Shown piece by piece: positions 1-10,124 of a stretch of 64,000 nt of DNA. The DNA comes from a virus (lineage: Duplodnaviria; Caudoviricetes). The DNA lies in the IMG/VR virus record IMGVR_UViG_2602042090_000006, positions 9,728 to 73,727 of that record. One strand, written 5' to 3'. Below the pieces are notes generated by a model. That model was not told the origin of the DNA and ran no database searches. It saw only the letters and a list, made by a program, of their open reading frames with translations. Made by a program: the position numbers and the translations under genes. Positions within the stretch are counted from its first letter, which is position 1; each line of letters starts with the position of its first letter.

Positions 1-1357
1 CCAAGATCGCGCGCATGAGCTGCTGGACCTGACGATTGTGCGAGGTGGCGCCGAAGGAGATGTCGGCAAGGTTACGCTTGCCGTCGAGAACCTCGAAAGC
101 GTCATTTCGAACAACCGGCGCATCTTTGGCAACCCACGCCTCTTCCGGGTTCGGATACTTGCCCGTCACGCCGTTGATGGTCAGATCGACCGACGGGAAC
201 GGATCGAAGCCTGACGGTTCCGTGATGAGGGTGTCGGCGTCCGAGAAACCAAACACGGCTCCACCGAAGATCCCGTTCTTGATCTTGAAGACGCCGCCCT
301 GATCCGTCAGCCGTCCGTTCTGAGCCTTGCGAAACTCCTCGATGACAGTGAGCGGCGGCGTGTCGCCGGTGATCTCGTAACCGCCGCGCCACTGCGGTTC
401 TGTCGTTTTGTCCGCCCGCTCAACCAGACGGCCAGCCTCCTGGCATGCCGCAATCCAGTTCGAGGATGGCAGCCGCAGGGCGTTGACCTTCTGCCCGCCA
501 TAGAACCATTCGCCCTTGTAGCGAAGGCCTCGCAGGACGTTGTAGGTCATCACGCCGAGGTTATAGGACGGCTCGTGGGTGCTCTGATCGTCCCAACGAT
601 GAGTGCCATTCCCACCGTTCGTGCTGTCTCTGCGGATGTCGTAGAGCGGCAAAGGCGCCGGCTCGAACAGCACCTTCGGCTGGCCCTTGAAGTAATCGCG
701 TTCCCAGCGATAGGTCATGATGGCGTAGGGAATGCCGCGACCGATCATGGTCGCGTCCCACGGCCGCTTCTTGTCATCCTTGAACGTTTTGACGAGGAAG
801 GGGTCAGCGACCGTCTGCGAGCCGTCGTAGAACTTCACCCAGCAGTAATCGTGAACGTTCCCTTCGCTGTCGCGATATTCCTTCAGGGGATAGCCGCGCC
901 CGAAGACCGTGTCGGGCTCGTTCCATAGGATCGTGCACTTCTCGCCCTCGATCCAGATGCCGTCGAGACCCGAGACCGGCAGGTTGCCTAGCTCGATGAC
1001 CTCGGTGAAATAGGTGTTCGGCGTGTCGCCGTCGTAGTTTCCCCACGTGCCGTAGTATTTGCGTTTGCCGCGCGTAGCGAACTGGCCGATCGTCGTGGAG
1101 ACCGGCTTATCGTCGCCCACCTCTGCCTGGATTTTGGCGCCAACGGGCGGCGGCGCATCCGGCGCTGTTGCCATCGAATAAAGTGTCGTGGCGGCCGCCA
1201 GTGCCAGACTGACGACGGCATTGACGATACCGGAGCCACTAATGACGGCGCTGAAGACGCCGGCAACCGCGCCGATCAGCGGCCCGGCCGCAGCCGGGTC
1301 AGGCTGCAGCAGGAAGAACGTCAGGGCGGTTGTGGCGAGAGCGGCTTTCTTGAACAT
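1..1357 (-). CDS. Tail tip / host-specificity protein, N-terminal part (truncated by the window start)
   Basis: ATG at 1357 (MFKKAALATT...); homologous to the N-terminus of 37584..46361. Confidence 0.85.
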   Translation of the reverse strand, partial: MFKKAALATTALTFFLLQPDPAAAGPLIGAVAGVFSAVISGSGIVNAVVSLALAAATTLYSMATAPDAPPPVGAKIQAEVGDDKPVSTTIGQFATRGKRKYYGTWGNYDGDTPNTYFTEVIELGNLPVSGLDGIWIEGEKCTILWNEPDTVFGRGYPLKEYRDSEGNVHDYCWVKFYDGSQTVADPFLVKTFKDDKKRPWDATMIGRGIPYAIMTYRWERDYFKGQPKVLFEPAPLPLYDIRRDSTNGGNGTHRWDDQSTHEPSYNLGVMTYNVLRGLRYKGEWFYGGQKVNALRLPSSNWIAACQEAGRLVERADKTTEPQWRGGYEITGDTPPLTVIEEFRKAQNGRLTDQGGVFKIKNGIFGGAVFGFSDADTLITEPSGFDPFPSVDLTINGVTGKYPNPEEAWVAKDAPVVRNDAFEVLDGKRNLADISFGATSHNRQVQQLMRAIL

Positions 1358-1782
1358 CAGCCCACCCGAAAGGCGCGAACCGCCTTCTCTCGATCGACCG
1401 TCGCCAAGCCCCCTTCGCCCATCACCCAGATCCGGTCGAAGTCGAAGACACCGAGCACGTGGCGGAACTGCGTATCCGTGGGGATGGCGGCGATATCGCC
1501 CGTCTGCGCATCAACCGGATGCTCGTATTCGGGAAGCAATGACGCGGCGAAGTCGGCCAGATCATCAAAGCCGGCTGCGCGCATCAGACGATAGGCCGAG
1601 GCGGCATCGTGATAGTCCCCCTGATCCGGTACCGGCAGCTCGGCGCCCGTGATGGCCGTCACAGCCGCGATCGCCAGCTGACCGCAGTCGTTCTGCGCCC
1701 ATGAGAACGGTTTGCGGCGCATGTCGTTGAAGACATCGCAGAACGGTCCGATCCAGAGTTCGCGGCGCTTAAGCTCGATCAT
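1357..1782 (-). CDS. NlpC/P60-like tail tip protein
   Basis: FSWAQNDC and GDIAAIP..H motifs; position resembles lambda K; conserved in copy B. Confidence 0.75.
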   Translation of the reverse strand: MIELKRRELWIGPFCDVFNDMRRKPFSWAQNDCGQLAIAAVTAITGAELPVPDQGDYHDAASAYRLMRAAGFDDLADFAASLLPEYEHPVDAQTGDIAAIPTDTQFRHVLGVFDFDRIWVMGEGGLATVDREKAVRAFRVG

Positions 1783-2429
1783 TCTTCGCCCCAAGGTTCG
1801 ATCCAGTTGGCAACGGAGCCGGCATATTTTCCGAAGTTATCGACCTCGCCATTCGGCCCTTTGCGCTTCTTCTGTTCTTCGGCGCTGGACTTGGCGGGGT
1901 TCGGCCGGGTCAGGTTGACCACGGCGTCGTTGACGAGGCGGATCTCCAGCACTTCGCCGCCGCCGTCTTCAGCAGCCGACTGTATGCCTGCCCCGTCGAT
2001 GACGCCGAGGTAGTCGTTCTCAGGCATCGACGGGATCTGCCGCGTCTTCGGATCGAGAAGCACAACCCAGATCTCAAGCGAACCGGCACGGCAGTCGAGG
2101 CCCCGCGCCATGTCTTCGACGGCCGGGTTCAGCATCGTCATCGACACTGCGCGGGTGTTGACCTCGAGCGTCGAGGTGCTGATGCTTTCGCCCACGTCGA
2201 GGTCAACCTGCCCTTGGAAGGTGCGTGCGTAGACCACGCCGTCGATCAACGAGCGGACCTCGACCGTGATCGGCCGATCGCCAGACCAGAAGTTCTTCGT
2301 CTCCAGCGTGGTGTTGCCGTTCGCGTCGGGATAGGTGCGCGCGATCACGGATACGAACCAACGCGGCACGATGCCGTCCTGGGGTGCGTTCTGGAGCAAC
2401 GCGAAGAAGGCGGGATCGACTGTCTTCAT
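1779..2429 (-). CDS. Tail tip (hub-type) protein
   Basis: 216 aa, coupled to neighbours; conserved in copy B. Confidence 0.7.
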   Translation of the reverse strand: MKTVDPAFFALLQNAPQDGIVPRWFVSVIARTYPDANGNTTLETKNFWSGDRPITVEVRSLIDGVVYARTFQGQVDLDVGESISTSTLEVNTRAVSMTMLNPAVEDMARGLDCRAGSLEIWVVLLDPKTRQIPSMPENDYLGVIDGAGIQSAAEDGGGEVLEIRLVNDAVVNLTRPNPAKSSAEEQKKRKGPNGEVDNFGKYAGSVANWIEPWGEE

Positions 2430-3079
2430 GGCTTTTCGATCGCAGTGAAACCGGCGCCCTCGGTCAGGTGACGGCGCGCGCGGCCGGGCATGTGGCTGTC
2501 AGGCATGATGACCATGCGGCAGGCCGGCCGGGCGAAGATCGTGTTGGCGTTTACAGCCAAACCGTCGGGCACATTCGGGTAAATGCTGAGGACGGGCGTC
2601 ACGCCGTCGCTGCCCGCAACGCCGCGCTCGGAGATCTCGAGGAAAGCGTATTGAACGGGATTGCTGCCCCACGACACCTGAAACTTGTCCGCGATCGTGA
2701 GGACGTATCCGGCCGGAAACCCTTTAAAGCTGACCGAGCGACGATCCGTGCCGATCGTGGCGATCTGGATGACACGGCTGCCAAGGATGGTGCCGCGCGG
2801 ATCCATCGCCGGATAGGGCGACAGCGGGTCGAACATCCAGAATGCTTCTTGGGCACCGCGAAGGGCGCGGATCAGGGCGGCATACTGTTTCATTTCCGCG
2901 CTCGAGCGGCGATCGAGTTCTACCACGGCACGCCAAAGCGGGTCCGCCATCTCTGCCTGCCAGATGCGACCACTGGACTGTCCAGACAGGCTGTCACGCC
3001 GTTTTGCACCCCACTCGACGCTGGAGATGGGCAGACGATCGGCGAACGTTGGAAGGCTGTAAGGGAAGCTATGGGTCAT
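2426..3079 (-). CDS. Distal tail protein
   Basis: Immediately downstream of the tape measure gene; LRALRGAQEAFW.FDP motif; conserved in copy B. Confidence 0.7.
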   Translation of the reverse strand: MTHSFPYSLPTFADRLPISSVEWGAKRRDSLSGQSSGRIWQAEMADPLWRAVVELDRRSSAEMKQYAALIRALRGAQEAFWMFDPLSPYPAMDPRGTILGSRVIQIATIGTDRRSVSFKGFPAGYVLTIADKFQVSWGSNPVQYAFLEISERGVAGSDGVTPVLSIYPNVPDGLAVNANTIFARPACRMVIMPDSHMPGRARRHLTEGAGFTAIEKP

Positions 3080-6000
3080 TGGCCCCTCACATACGGGCGC
3101 TTCTTGATCTGTTCGAAGCGGGCCGGCAGGTTCTTGTCGTAGGCGCGAAGGCCCTTGGCAACGCCGCGATCGACGGCGTCCTCGATGTCGCGATCGCCGC
3201 GCGGGTTATCGACGTAGACGTTGATTTCGGACTTGCCGGAGCCTGCACGATCGTTGGCAGTCGACGCCATCCTGCTCTGGCCCTGCGAAGGATAAACCGA
3301 CGCCGGCGCTCCGATCTTGGCGACAAATCCACCCTTGTCGTAGCCGCGTCCGGAGTTGAGCCCATCCAGCATGCGCCGAACGCCTGGCTGCGCGACCACG
3401 CTGGCTTTGACAACATATTCCTGACCATGGACGAAGCCGGCTATATCGCTGCGCCCGCCGTTGCCGGTGTAGCCACCGACGTCGAACAGACCCTTGCCCG
3501 GATTGTTGACGGCCCAATTTGCCTGCGCACCGTTCGGTACGAAGTTTGGAAGGAACGCCGTCAGCAACGAGCCGAAGAGACCCCCGCCGCCGCCGCCGCC
3601 AGACGGGGCCGGCGGAAACCAGTTGGCTAAGTTCTGTCCTGCCTGCCCAAGGCCTTCACCAAAGCCACCTAGACCTTTGACGGCTGACGATGACGCACCT
3701 GCAAGACTGCCAACAGTCGTGCTGGCGTTCTGTCCGGTAGTCGCGAGCTTGTCTAAATTGCCGTTCGCGTTTCCGAGAGCCTCATTGAACTTATCAACAT
3801 AGGCGTTTCCTGTGGTCCCGAGGACGTCGGCACCTCGACCGCCTTTACCAACAGAACCCGGTCCCCCGAACCAAGCCTGCGCGGCGCCCGAGGGACCGTA
3901 CTTATCGACGTAGCCGCCGAAGCGGTGATTGAAAATGGCGTCCTGCGCAGACTTGTCTCCAAGGAATTGCGACGTAGACAGCCGGCGCCCTAGTGCAGCC
4001 TCCGACCATGGACCGATGTTGTTGCCCATCATCTGATAGGCGCCATAAGCACGGTCACCACTCCGGGTGATAGGACCGAGCGCGCCGTAGTTGCCACTGC
4101 TCTCGATCGACTGGATGGCCTTGGCGTAGGACGAAATATTTCCCAGCGGTTCGCGCGTGACAGGGATCAGCGGAGCTGCGTAGGACTCGAAGCCGCTTGC
4201 TTTCGGCGTGTTCTGATTGGCCGCGACCGGCGCACCTTTCAGGAAACGGCCGAGCACATCCGACAGCTCCGGACGATCGCCGCCCAGAAGCATGTTCTTG
4301 ATCGAGTTCGTGCCCAGCTCCTGGAAGAACTTGCCGACATCGCCGAGGAGGCCATTCAAAGCACCTTTGAAGTCCCCTTTAAGAAGCGAGCTGAAGACAT
4401 TGTCGATCGCGGTCTCGCCGGCTGACTGAAACATCTGCCAAGCAGCTGTCGCCTTTTCGACCTCGATCGTCTGGTTGGCGATCTCACGTGCATTGCGCCG
4501 GATCTGTTCGGCCTCGGCCGACAGAGCCGAATAGCCGCGTGCCCGGATCATCTGCTCGGCTTCGAGAACCGCCAGCGCCTTTTCGCGTTCGGCCGTGCTG
4601 GCGCCGACGAGTGTCTTCTCAAGGCGCAAGCGCTCCAGATCGTCGTCCTGCCCCCTGATGACGTCGATCGCGCCGGCGCGGCGTTGCTCAAGTTCGCTGG
4701 CAGCGGCTGCGTCCTTGGCAGCCGCCAGCGCCTCGGCCAGCTTCTTCTGTTCCTCGCCCTGGGCAGCCGCCGCAGCGGCGGCAAGCGGGCGGAGCTGGAT
4801 TTCCGTGCGCAGAAGAGCCTCGGCTTGGCTCGCCGTGATATTGCCGGCCGCGACCTGATCGTTAAGGCGGCGCCGTGCTTCGACCTCCTCGACCAGCTCG
4901 GCCGACTGAAGGCGGGAGGCGGCGAGCGTCTCCTGGATGACGCGGTTGCGTGCAGCGGCAATGCGGGACGATGCCTCGGCCGTGGTGATTTCCTCACCGG
5001 CCAGCTGCAGGCGCTCACGATCAGCCATCAGGCCCGCGAGCACGATAGGGTTTCGCTCCGTCTGAATGCGGATGTCGAGCGCGGCAAGCTGATTGGCGCG
5101 CTCCTGCGCCGGGATCAAGGTTTCCAGCGCACGCTTCTTGGCGTCGATCGTTGCCGTTATGTCGGCGCGTTGGCTGTCGAGAAGGCCCGGCGCATCCAGC
5201 CCGCTTTGCGCCTTGACGAGGCTGTCCTCAAGATCGCGGCGGGCGCGGGCTGCCGCCGTTGCCGGGCTGGCGTTGGCGGTGTCGAGTGCGCCTCGAGCAG
5301 CGGCACGGCGCTTTTCCTGTTCGCGATCGCGCGCTTCGTTGCCGCGCCGCTCCATGTCTTCCTGGCGAAGACGTTCCAGTTCGGCCCGACGTTCCTCTAC
5401 TTCGCTGTCAAAGCTGCCATCGCCGAAAATGGTGCCTTTGCTCTTCTGCTGTTGCCGAAGCGCAGCGGCGTACAACTCAGTTGCTTCGCTCAAAGCGTCA
5501 GCCGGCGATGGCCCGCTCAAAGCCCGATCGATGGATTTCCCCATCCAGTCGTAGGCATCGCTTGCGGCCTTTGACACACTGTTCCAAGCACGACCAAGCG
5601 CCGTGGTCGCTTCGCTGGCGTTAGCCAGCCGGCCTGGAAGAGCAGCCAGCAGGACCTGCTGCGCTTCGGTGAGCCGGTTCTGTGCCGTCAGGCGGCGCGC
5701 ATACTCGGCCGTCGCAGCATCGATCAGCCCATACTGGCGATAGAGGGTGTCGATCGCCTTGGACGGATCTGCGAACATCTCGGCCAGTGCCGCGCCCGCC
5801 TCATCGGCCGACACACCGATCGTCGCGCCGAAATTCTTGCTGATCGCGATCAGCTGCTCGAAGTTCTCCGAGGCGATCCGGCCGGTCCGTAGGAACTGCG
5901 CTTCCATTGTGCGGGCCGACGCGACGGAGATCCCGGCCGCCGCTGCGCCGTTCTGAGCCGCCGCTTCCATGCTCGCGGCACTGCCGGCAGTCGCGCGACC

Positions 6001-7239
6001 AATCCCGGACGCTGCGGTCTCGACTTCCTTGATGGAGCCGAGATAGTCGTTCCAGGCCATGGCGCCGAGGACGACGGCCGCTGTCGTGCCGGCAATACCG
6101 ACCCGCAGCGGCGTGATCGCGGCCATGGCTGCCTTGGCGGCATTTCCCATGCTGCCGTAGATCTGCATGGCCTGCGGACCCTGCTGTAGAATGACCTGCG
6201 AGATAGGCATGCCCAGCGCCAGCGACTGGACGGTGTCCACGCCCTGCGTGAAGAGGTTGGCCTGTTGGTCCGGACGCAGGCCCTTGCTACCCGCGATGCC
6301 CTTGCGCGACTGGATCAGCCCGAGCGTCGCCTGACGCTCGCGGCTGATCGCAGCCGTCATTTCATCATGCGAAATCGCACCGACCCTGTTGGCCTGACGG
6401 ATGTCCTCGATCGTCTTGCGATAGGTCGTGAGAGCCGCATAGCGCGGATTGTAGGCCTGCCGCAGCCGATCGCGTTCGTCCATGAAGGCGGTGATGTCAG
6501 CGCTGCGGTCCGGCTGGATCATCTGCGACTGGACGATGGACTGTGCGGACTGTTTGCGTCGGGCAGCAAGGCGTTCGGCAGCACCTGCCTGCTCTTCCAT
6601 GGCGCGGGTTTCGCGGATCCTCGCATCGATGGCGGTGGACGCCGAGATCGCGCCGACGCGCTCGGCCTCGTTAATGTCGAGCAGAGCCTTGCGATGGCGT
6701 TCCATCAAGGCGAACATCGGATCGAACCGCGCCTGCAGGCGGTCCATCTCCTTCAGGTACGCCTCGATATCGGCGCCACGGTTCGGCGTGATCGTCCTCG
6801 CTTCAACGATCGATTGCGCCTGCTGCTTCTGGCGTGCCGCAAGCCGCTCGGCGGCACCCGCCTGTTCCTGCATCGCGCGCGTCTCGCGGATCCGCGCCTC
6901 GATCGCGGTGGAGGCCGAGATCGCGCCGACCTTCTCGGCGTTGGCGATATCGGTCAACGCCTGCCGATGGCGCTGCATGACAGCGAACATCGGATCGAAG
7001 CGCGCCTGCAGCCGGTCCATCTCACGGCCATACGCGGCGATATCGTCCAACTTGGTCGTGTTGTTGTTGGCAGCTTCCTTGAGCTTGCCGAGTGCCGTGG
7101 TGACGGCCTGGACCTTCGGCGCGACCGCCTCGGCCTGCTTGCCGATCGCCGCAACGGCATTGCGCGCTTCCGTGCCGCCAGACTTGGCGCCGGAGGGATC
7201 GACGGTGACGCCGATCGCGATGCGATAGGCGGCCGTCAT
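3076..7239 (-). CDS. Tail tape measure protein with C-terminal lysozyme-like domain
   Basis: 1387 aa, Ala-rich and helical; lambda-type TMP motif (QGVDTVQSLALGMP..QVILQQGPQ); GGYTG..AGFVHGQEYV tail motif; IQSIESSGNY...GAYQ segment. Confidence 0.92.
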   Translation of the reverse strand: MTAAYRIAIGVTVDPSGAKSGGTEARNAVAAIGKQAEAVAPKVQAVTTALGKLKEAANNNTTKLDDIAAYGREMDRLQARFDPMFAVMQRHRQALTDIANAEKVGAISASTAIEARIRETRAMQEQAGAAERLAARQKQQAQSIVEARTITPNRGADIEAYLKEMDRLQARFDPMFALMERHRKALLDINEAERVGAISASTAIDARIRETRAMEEQAGAAERLAARRKQSAQSIVQSQMIQPDRSADITAFMDERDRLRQAYNPRYAALTTYRKTIEDIRQANRVGAISHDEMTAAISRERQATLGLIQSRKGIAGSKGLRPDQQANLFTQGVDTVQSLALGMPISQVILQQGPQAMQIYGSMGNAAKAAMAAITPLRVGIAGTTAAVVLGAMAWNDYLGSIKEVETAASGIGRATAGSAASMEAAAQNGAAAAGISVASARTMEAQFLRTGRIASENFEQLIAISKNFGATIGVSADEAGAALAEMFADPSKAIDTLYRQYGLIDAATAEYARRLTAQNRLTEAQQVLLAALPGRLANASEATTALGRAWNSVSKAASDAYDWMGKSIDRALSGPSPADALSEATELYAAALRQQQKSKGTIFGDGSFDSEVEERRAELERLRQEDMERRGNEARDREQEKRRAAARGALDTANASPATAAARARRDLEDSLVKAQSGLDAPGLLDSQRADITATIDAKKRALETLIPAQERANQLAALDIRIQTERNPIVLAGLMADRERLQLAGEEITTAEASSRIAAARNRVIQETLAASRLQSAELVEEVEARRRLNDQVAAGNITASQAEALLRTEIQLRPLAAAAAAAQGEEQKKLAEALAAAKDAAAASELEQRRAGAIDVIRGQDDDLERLRLEKTLVGASTAEREKALAVLEAEQMIRARGYSALSAEAEQIRRNAREIANQTIEVEKATAAWQMFQSAGETAIDNVFSSLLKGDFKGALNGLLGDVGKFFQELGTNSIKNMLLGGDRPELSDVLGRFLKGAPVAANQNTPKASGFESYAAPLIPVTREPLGNISSYAKAIQSIESSGNYGALGPITRSGDRAYGAYQMMGNNIGPWSEAALGRRLSTSQFLGDKSAQDAIFNHRFGGYVDKYGPSGAAQAWFGGPGSVGKGGRGADVLGTTGNAYVDKFNEALGNANGNLDKLATTGQNASTTVGSLAGASSSAVKGLGGFGEGLGQAGQNLANWFPPAPSGGGGGGGLFGSLLTAFLPNFVPNGAQANWAVNNPGKGLFDVGGYTGNGGRSDIAGFVHGQEYVVKASVVAQPGVRRMLDGLNSGRGYDKGGFVAKIGAPASVYPSQGQSRMASTANDRAGSGKSEINVYVDNPRGDRDIEDAVDRGVAKGLRAYDKNLPARFEQIKKRPYVRGQ

Positions 7240-7640
7240 TCCTCGTCATCCTCGGCGGAGGCCGGGTCGCCGTCGTTGAAGAGCGGCAGCACGGCGTCCT
7301 CGATGACGCGAAGATCCCGGAACACGTCGGGCTCATAGCCCTCGGCATCGAGCACGATCTTGCAGGCGGCGTAGTCGAGGCCAATGAACAAGACGCCGTT
7401 CTTGTTCGACGCCGCTCTCCACTGCGTCGAGCACGCGATGAAGCCGGAAAGACTGGCGGCGTTCTGGATCACGAGGGCAATCTCATCGTCGTTGGGTTCA
7501 GCATCGTCATCGTCCATGACGAACGTCACGCCGAGCTTCTGGGACTGCTGGCGGAGATCGTCATCGATGATGGTGGCACGGGAGGGATCGACGCGACCGA
7601 GGCGGACGTATGTCCACGCGACGGCCGCGTCCGTCAGTTT
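7236..7640 (-). CDS. Tail assembly chaperone T segment (reached by -1 frameshift)
   Basis: The -1 frame is open from the slippery site into ORF 7236..7529 (TQWR...GLDYAA motif). Confidence 0.8.
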   Translation of the reverse strand, partial: KLTDAAVAWTYVRLGRVDPSRATIIDDDLRQQSQKLGVTFVMDDDDAEPNDDEIALVIQNAASLSGFIACSTQWRAASNKNGVLFIGLDYAACKIVLDAEGYEPDVFRDLRVIEDAVLPLFNDGDPASAEDDEE

Positions 7641-8047
7641 TTTAGGCGGGCCTTGTCGAGCGTAACGGCGTCCTGGTACGCCTTCACGATCGCCACTCTG
7701 ACCCGCTCATGTGCCCAGACGGCCGTAAAGGTCTCCGGGCTGAACGCCAGCGGTTCGCCGTTCTCGTCGGCAATCTTGCGCCAGTCCCGCACCAGCCGGC
7801 GTGCTGCCGCCTCGTCGTGGTCAGCAACGCGGGCCATGATCTCGACCATCTCGGCATCTGTCGTCTCGGCGTTGATCTCCGCAAGGATGGCTGCACGCTC
7901 GCGGGCCGAGTTCCGGTTGATCTCTTCGGGCAGTAGCTCGAACTGGATCTCGAACGTATGCTCGACGGTTTTCCCCATCCGGTTCGCGTCGGGTTCCGTG
8001 ACCTTGACCGGCCACCAGAAGGCGAGGTTTTCGACGAGCTTGAACAT
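7634..8047 (-). CDS. Tail assembly chaperone (lambda G-like)
   Basis: Lies between tail tube and TMP; ends CTA AAA AAC TGA. Confidence 0.85.
   Translation of the reverse strand: MFKLVENLAFWWPVKVTEPDANRMGKTVEHTFEIQFELLPEEINRNSARERAAILAEINAETTDAEMVEIMARVADHDEAAARRLVRDWRKIADENGEPLAFSPETFTAVWAHERVRVAIVKAYQDAVTLDKARLKN
7637..7643 (-). other. Programmed -1 frameshift slippery heptamer A AAA AAC
   Basis: X XXY YYZ pattern just before the stop codon; identical at 52632-52638. Confidence 0.85.
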
Positions 8048-8114
8048 GCGGGCGTCTTTCTGAACGTTGCCCCGAAAGGGCTTTGAAGGGAGTTTGCAGG
8101 CGGGCTGCCGGCCG

Positions 8115-9044
8115 TCACATGACGGTCAGCAGGAACTCGTCATTGCCGGCGACCGGCGTTGCCATCAGCGGCAGGGTGTTGTTGATCCGCTTGCGCGTCT
8201 CGCCGTACTTCGGCCGGCCGATCTGGACGGCCTGCATGCCGAACTTGACGATGTTGCCACCCTGCTTCCCATGCTGGGCCGCAAGGATGCCGAGATCGCC
8301 GGCTTCGGACTTGGCAAACCAGTTGACCGCAGAAAGCGCATCGGCACGCATGATCGCCGACCCGGTCATCATGCGATCGACATGCTCGATGGCTTCCTCG
8401 TTGATCAGAAAGTCCGGCTCGATCTGGTTGCCGATGTCGAACGTGATGCCTTCGGTACCGCCGGCATAACCGTGCAGCGAAAAGGTCGTGTTCGCCTTGT
8501 TGACGGGAACCGCCTTCTTGAATGCCGTCGTTGTCAGGGTCGGCAGGGCGGCATCCGAGACCACACCCAGAAGACCGGTCAGGACGAACCGGAAGCGGGG
8601 AATGGCGAGCGGCGCCATGTTGAGCGTCCACGTCCCGCGCGCACCGAGCAGGATGTGCTGGACGCCGTCGCCATTCCAGCGCACCGACACGCTTTCCTGC
8701 GCCTTGGAGATCGGATTGTACTGAACATCGGTCGTGGCCGTGATGACCTCGCGCATGGCGCAGGCCCGCATCAGCACGCCCCAAGGCGGCGGGGTTCCGG
8801 GCGTGCCGGATCCTGCCACTTCCACTTCGCCGGAGAGCGTGCCGTAGGTTCCAACCAGCGTAACGCCCTGGTGGCCCATGTAGGGAAGGACGAGGTCGCG
8901 GCTGACCTCCTGACCGGCAGACGGATCGAAGTCCACATCGGTCATGACCATTGCGTTAGCCGCGCCGGTCGGAATGCTGTCCTCGCCGTAGATAGTCTCG
9001 GACTTGACGAGGATGGCGCGGTTTCGCCAGTAGCGCTTTGCCAT
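8115..9044 (-). CDS. Major tail tube protein (siphophage type)
   Basis: 309 aa; K.E..YG.D..P N-terminal motif; no sheath gene present. Confidence 0.85.
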   Translation of the reverse strand: MAKRYWRNRAILVKSETIYGEDSIPTGAANAMVMTDVDFDPSAGQEVSRDLVLPYMGHQGVTLVGTYGTLSGEVEVAGSGTPGTPPPWGVLMRACAMREVITATTDVQYNPISKAQESVSVRWNGDGVQHILLGARGTWTLNMAPLAIPRFRFVLTGLLGVVSDAALPTLTTTAFKKAVPVNKANTTFSLHGYAGGTEGITFDIGNQIEPDFLINEEAIEHVDRMMTGSAIMRADALSAVNWFAKSEAGDLGILAAQHGKQGGNIVKFGMQAVQIGRPKYGETRKRINNTLPLMATPVAGNDEFLLTVM

Positions 9045-9046
9045 GG

Positions 9047-9280
9047 TCAGGAGTTCCTCTTCCGCGTGGTGGGCGCGGCTTCGTCAGATGTGACGGCCGG
9101 TGTTTCTTCGATCGCCGGCGCATCGCTCGTGGCGACGGCCGGCGCCGTCTGCTCGGGTGCAGCTGTCGCGGCGTCCGCCTCGGGCGCGGCGGGCTTCGGC
9201 TCTTCCGTGCGGCTGACGAGCTGCAACGAGCCATCGGGTTGGCGGACGTAGCTGCCGCCGCCTTCATGATCGGTCATCAT
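9047..9280 (-). CDS. Small hypothetical virion-region protein
   Basis: GGSYVRQPDGSLQLV followed by an Ala/Pro/Thr-rich tail; conserved in copy B. Confidence 0.7.
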   Translation of the reverse strand: MMTDHEGGGSYVRQPDGSLQLVSRTEEPKPAAPEADAATAAPEQTAPAVATSDAPAIEETPAVTSDEAAPTTRKRNS

Positions 9281-9702
9281 TCGGTCTCCAGGTAGCGGCT
9301 CGTCTGCCACGTCTGCACATAGACGGTGACACCGTTGCCAAGCGGCGCGGCCTGTGCCGACACCAGTTCGAAAAGGTCGCCTCGGGGATCGACCGACCAG
9401 CCAGCAAGCGCCTGCTCGATCGCGCCCTTCATCGTGTCGAAGTCGAGCGCACGTTGCGCGCCCTGGACGTCAGCATGCCGGCGCAGGACGAGCGCCACGA
9501 GGATCTGCGCGTGCACGAGCTGCTCGAAGCCACCCATCGCCAGCGTGTTAGGCTCGGCCTGCTCGCGGTAAGGGATGACGAAGACGGTCCCGTTCTTTGG
9601 AGCCGTCCCTGCGCTGATCGAGGCAAGATCCTCGACCGGCAGCACGTCGGAAACCGCCGTGCCTAGCTCGCTCTTCAAACGGGTGATGACGGCCGCGATC
9701 AA
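9277..9702 (-). CDS. Tail terminator (Mu gp37-like)
   Basis: Position and ALAGW motif; identical protein in copy B. Confidence 0.75.
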   Translation of the reverse strand: MIAAVITRLKSELGTAVSDVLPVEDLASISAGTAPKNGTVFVIPYREQAEPNTLAMGGFEQLVHAQILVALVLRRHADVQGAQRALDFDTMKGAIEQALAGWSVDPRGDLFELVSAQAAPLGNGVTVYVQTWQTSRYLETE

Positions 9703-10124
9703 AGCCAGCCCTCCATCTTCTCGCGGGAGAAGACGGGTTCGGGCCCATCGACCCGGATGCCGTCCGAGGTGGATTGCGCCGGCGCGATGCCGTCAGCGCC
9801 GGGAAGAGCGATCAGGCCGCGTGCCGCCTGCTGAAGAGCCGCCATCGCATCCTTGTAATCCCGCACCACGTAGTCGGGCGGACCGTTGCGATGCAGATGG
9901 TAGCGCGCGATCGAGACCGCCCAGGTGGACACGATGGCCGCAACGCTCGACAGCGGCAGGCGGAAGCGAACGGCCAGATAGCCGTTCACCGCGTTGTCGG
10001 CATGGGTGAGCGACGCCTCGACGACATCGGGATCCGCAGCGCCGTCCCCGTCGCGATCCGCGACCTGAAGGATTTCATCCAGGCCGGCGCGTTCGATCAG
10101 ATCTTCGAGCGAGGCGTAGTGCAT
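9699..10124 (-). CDS. Head-tail connector (Mu gp36/DUF1320-like)
   Basis: YASLEDLIER...VNGYLAVRFRLPL...IARYHLH...YKDAMAAL motifs. Confidence 0.85.
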   Translation of the reverse strand: MHYASLEDLIERAGLDEILQVADRDGDGAADPDVVEASLTHADNAVNGYLAVRFRLPLSSVAAIVSTWAVSIARYHLHRNGPPDYVVRDYKDAMAALQQAARGLIALPGADGIAPAQSTSDGIRVDGPEPVFSREKMEGWL

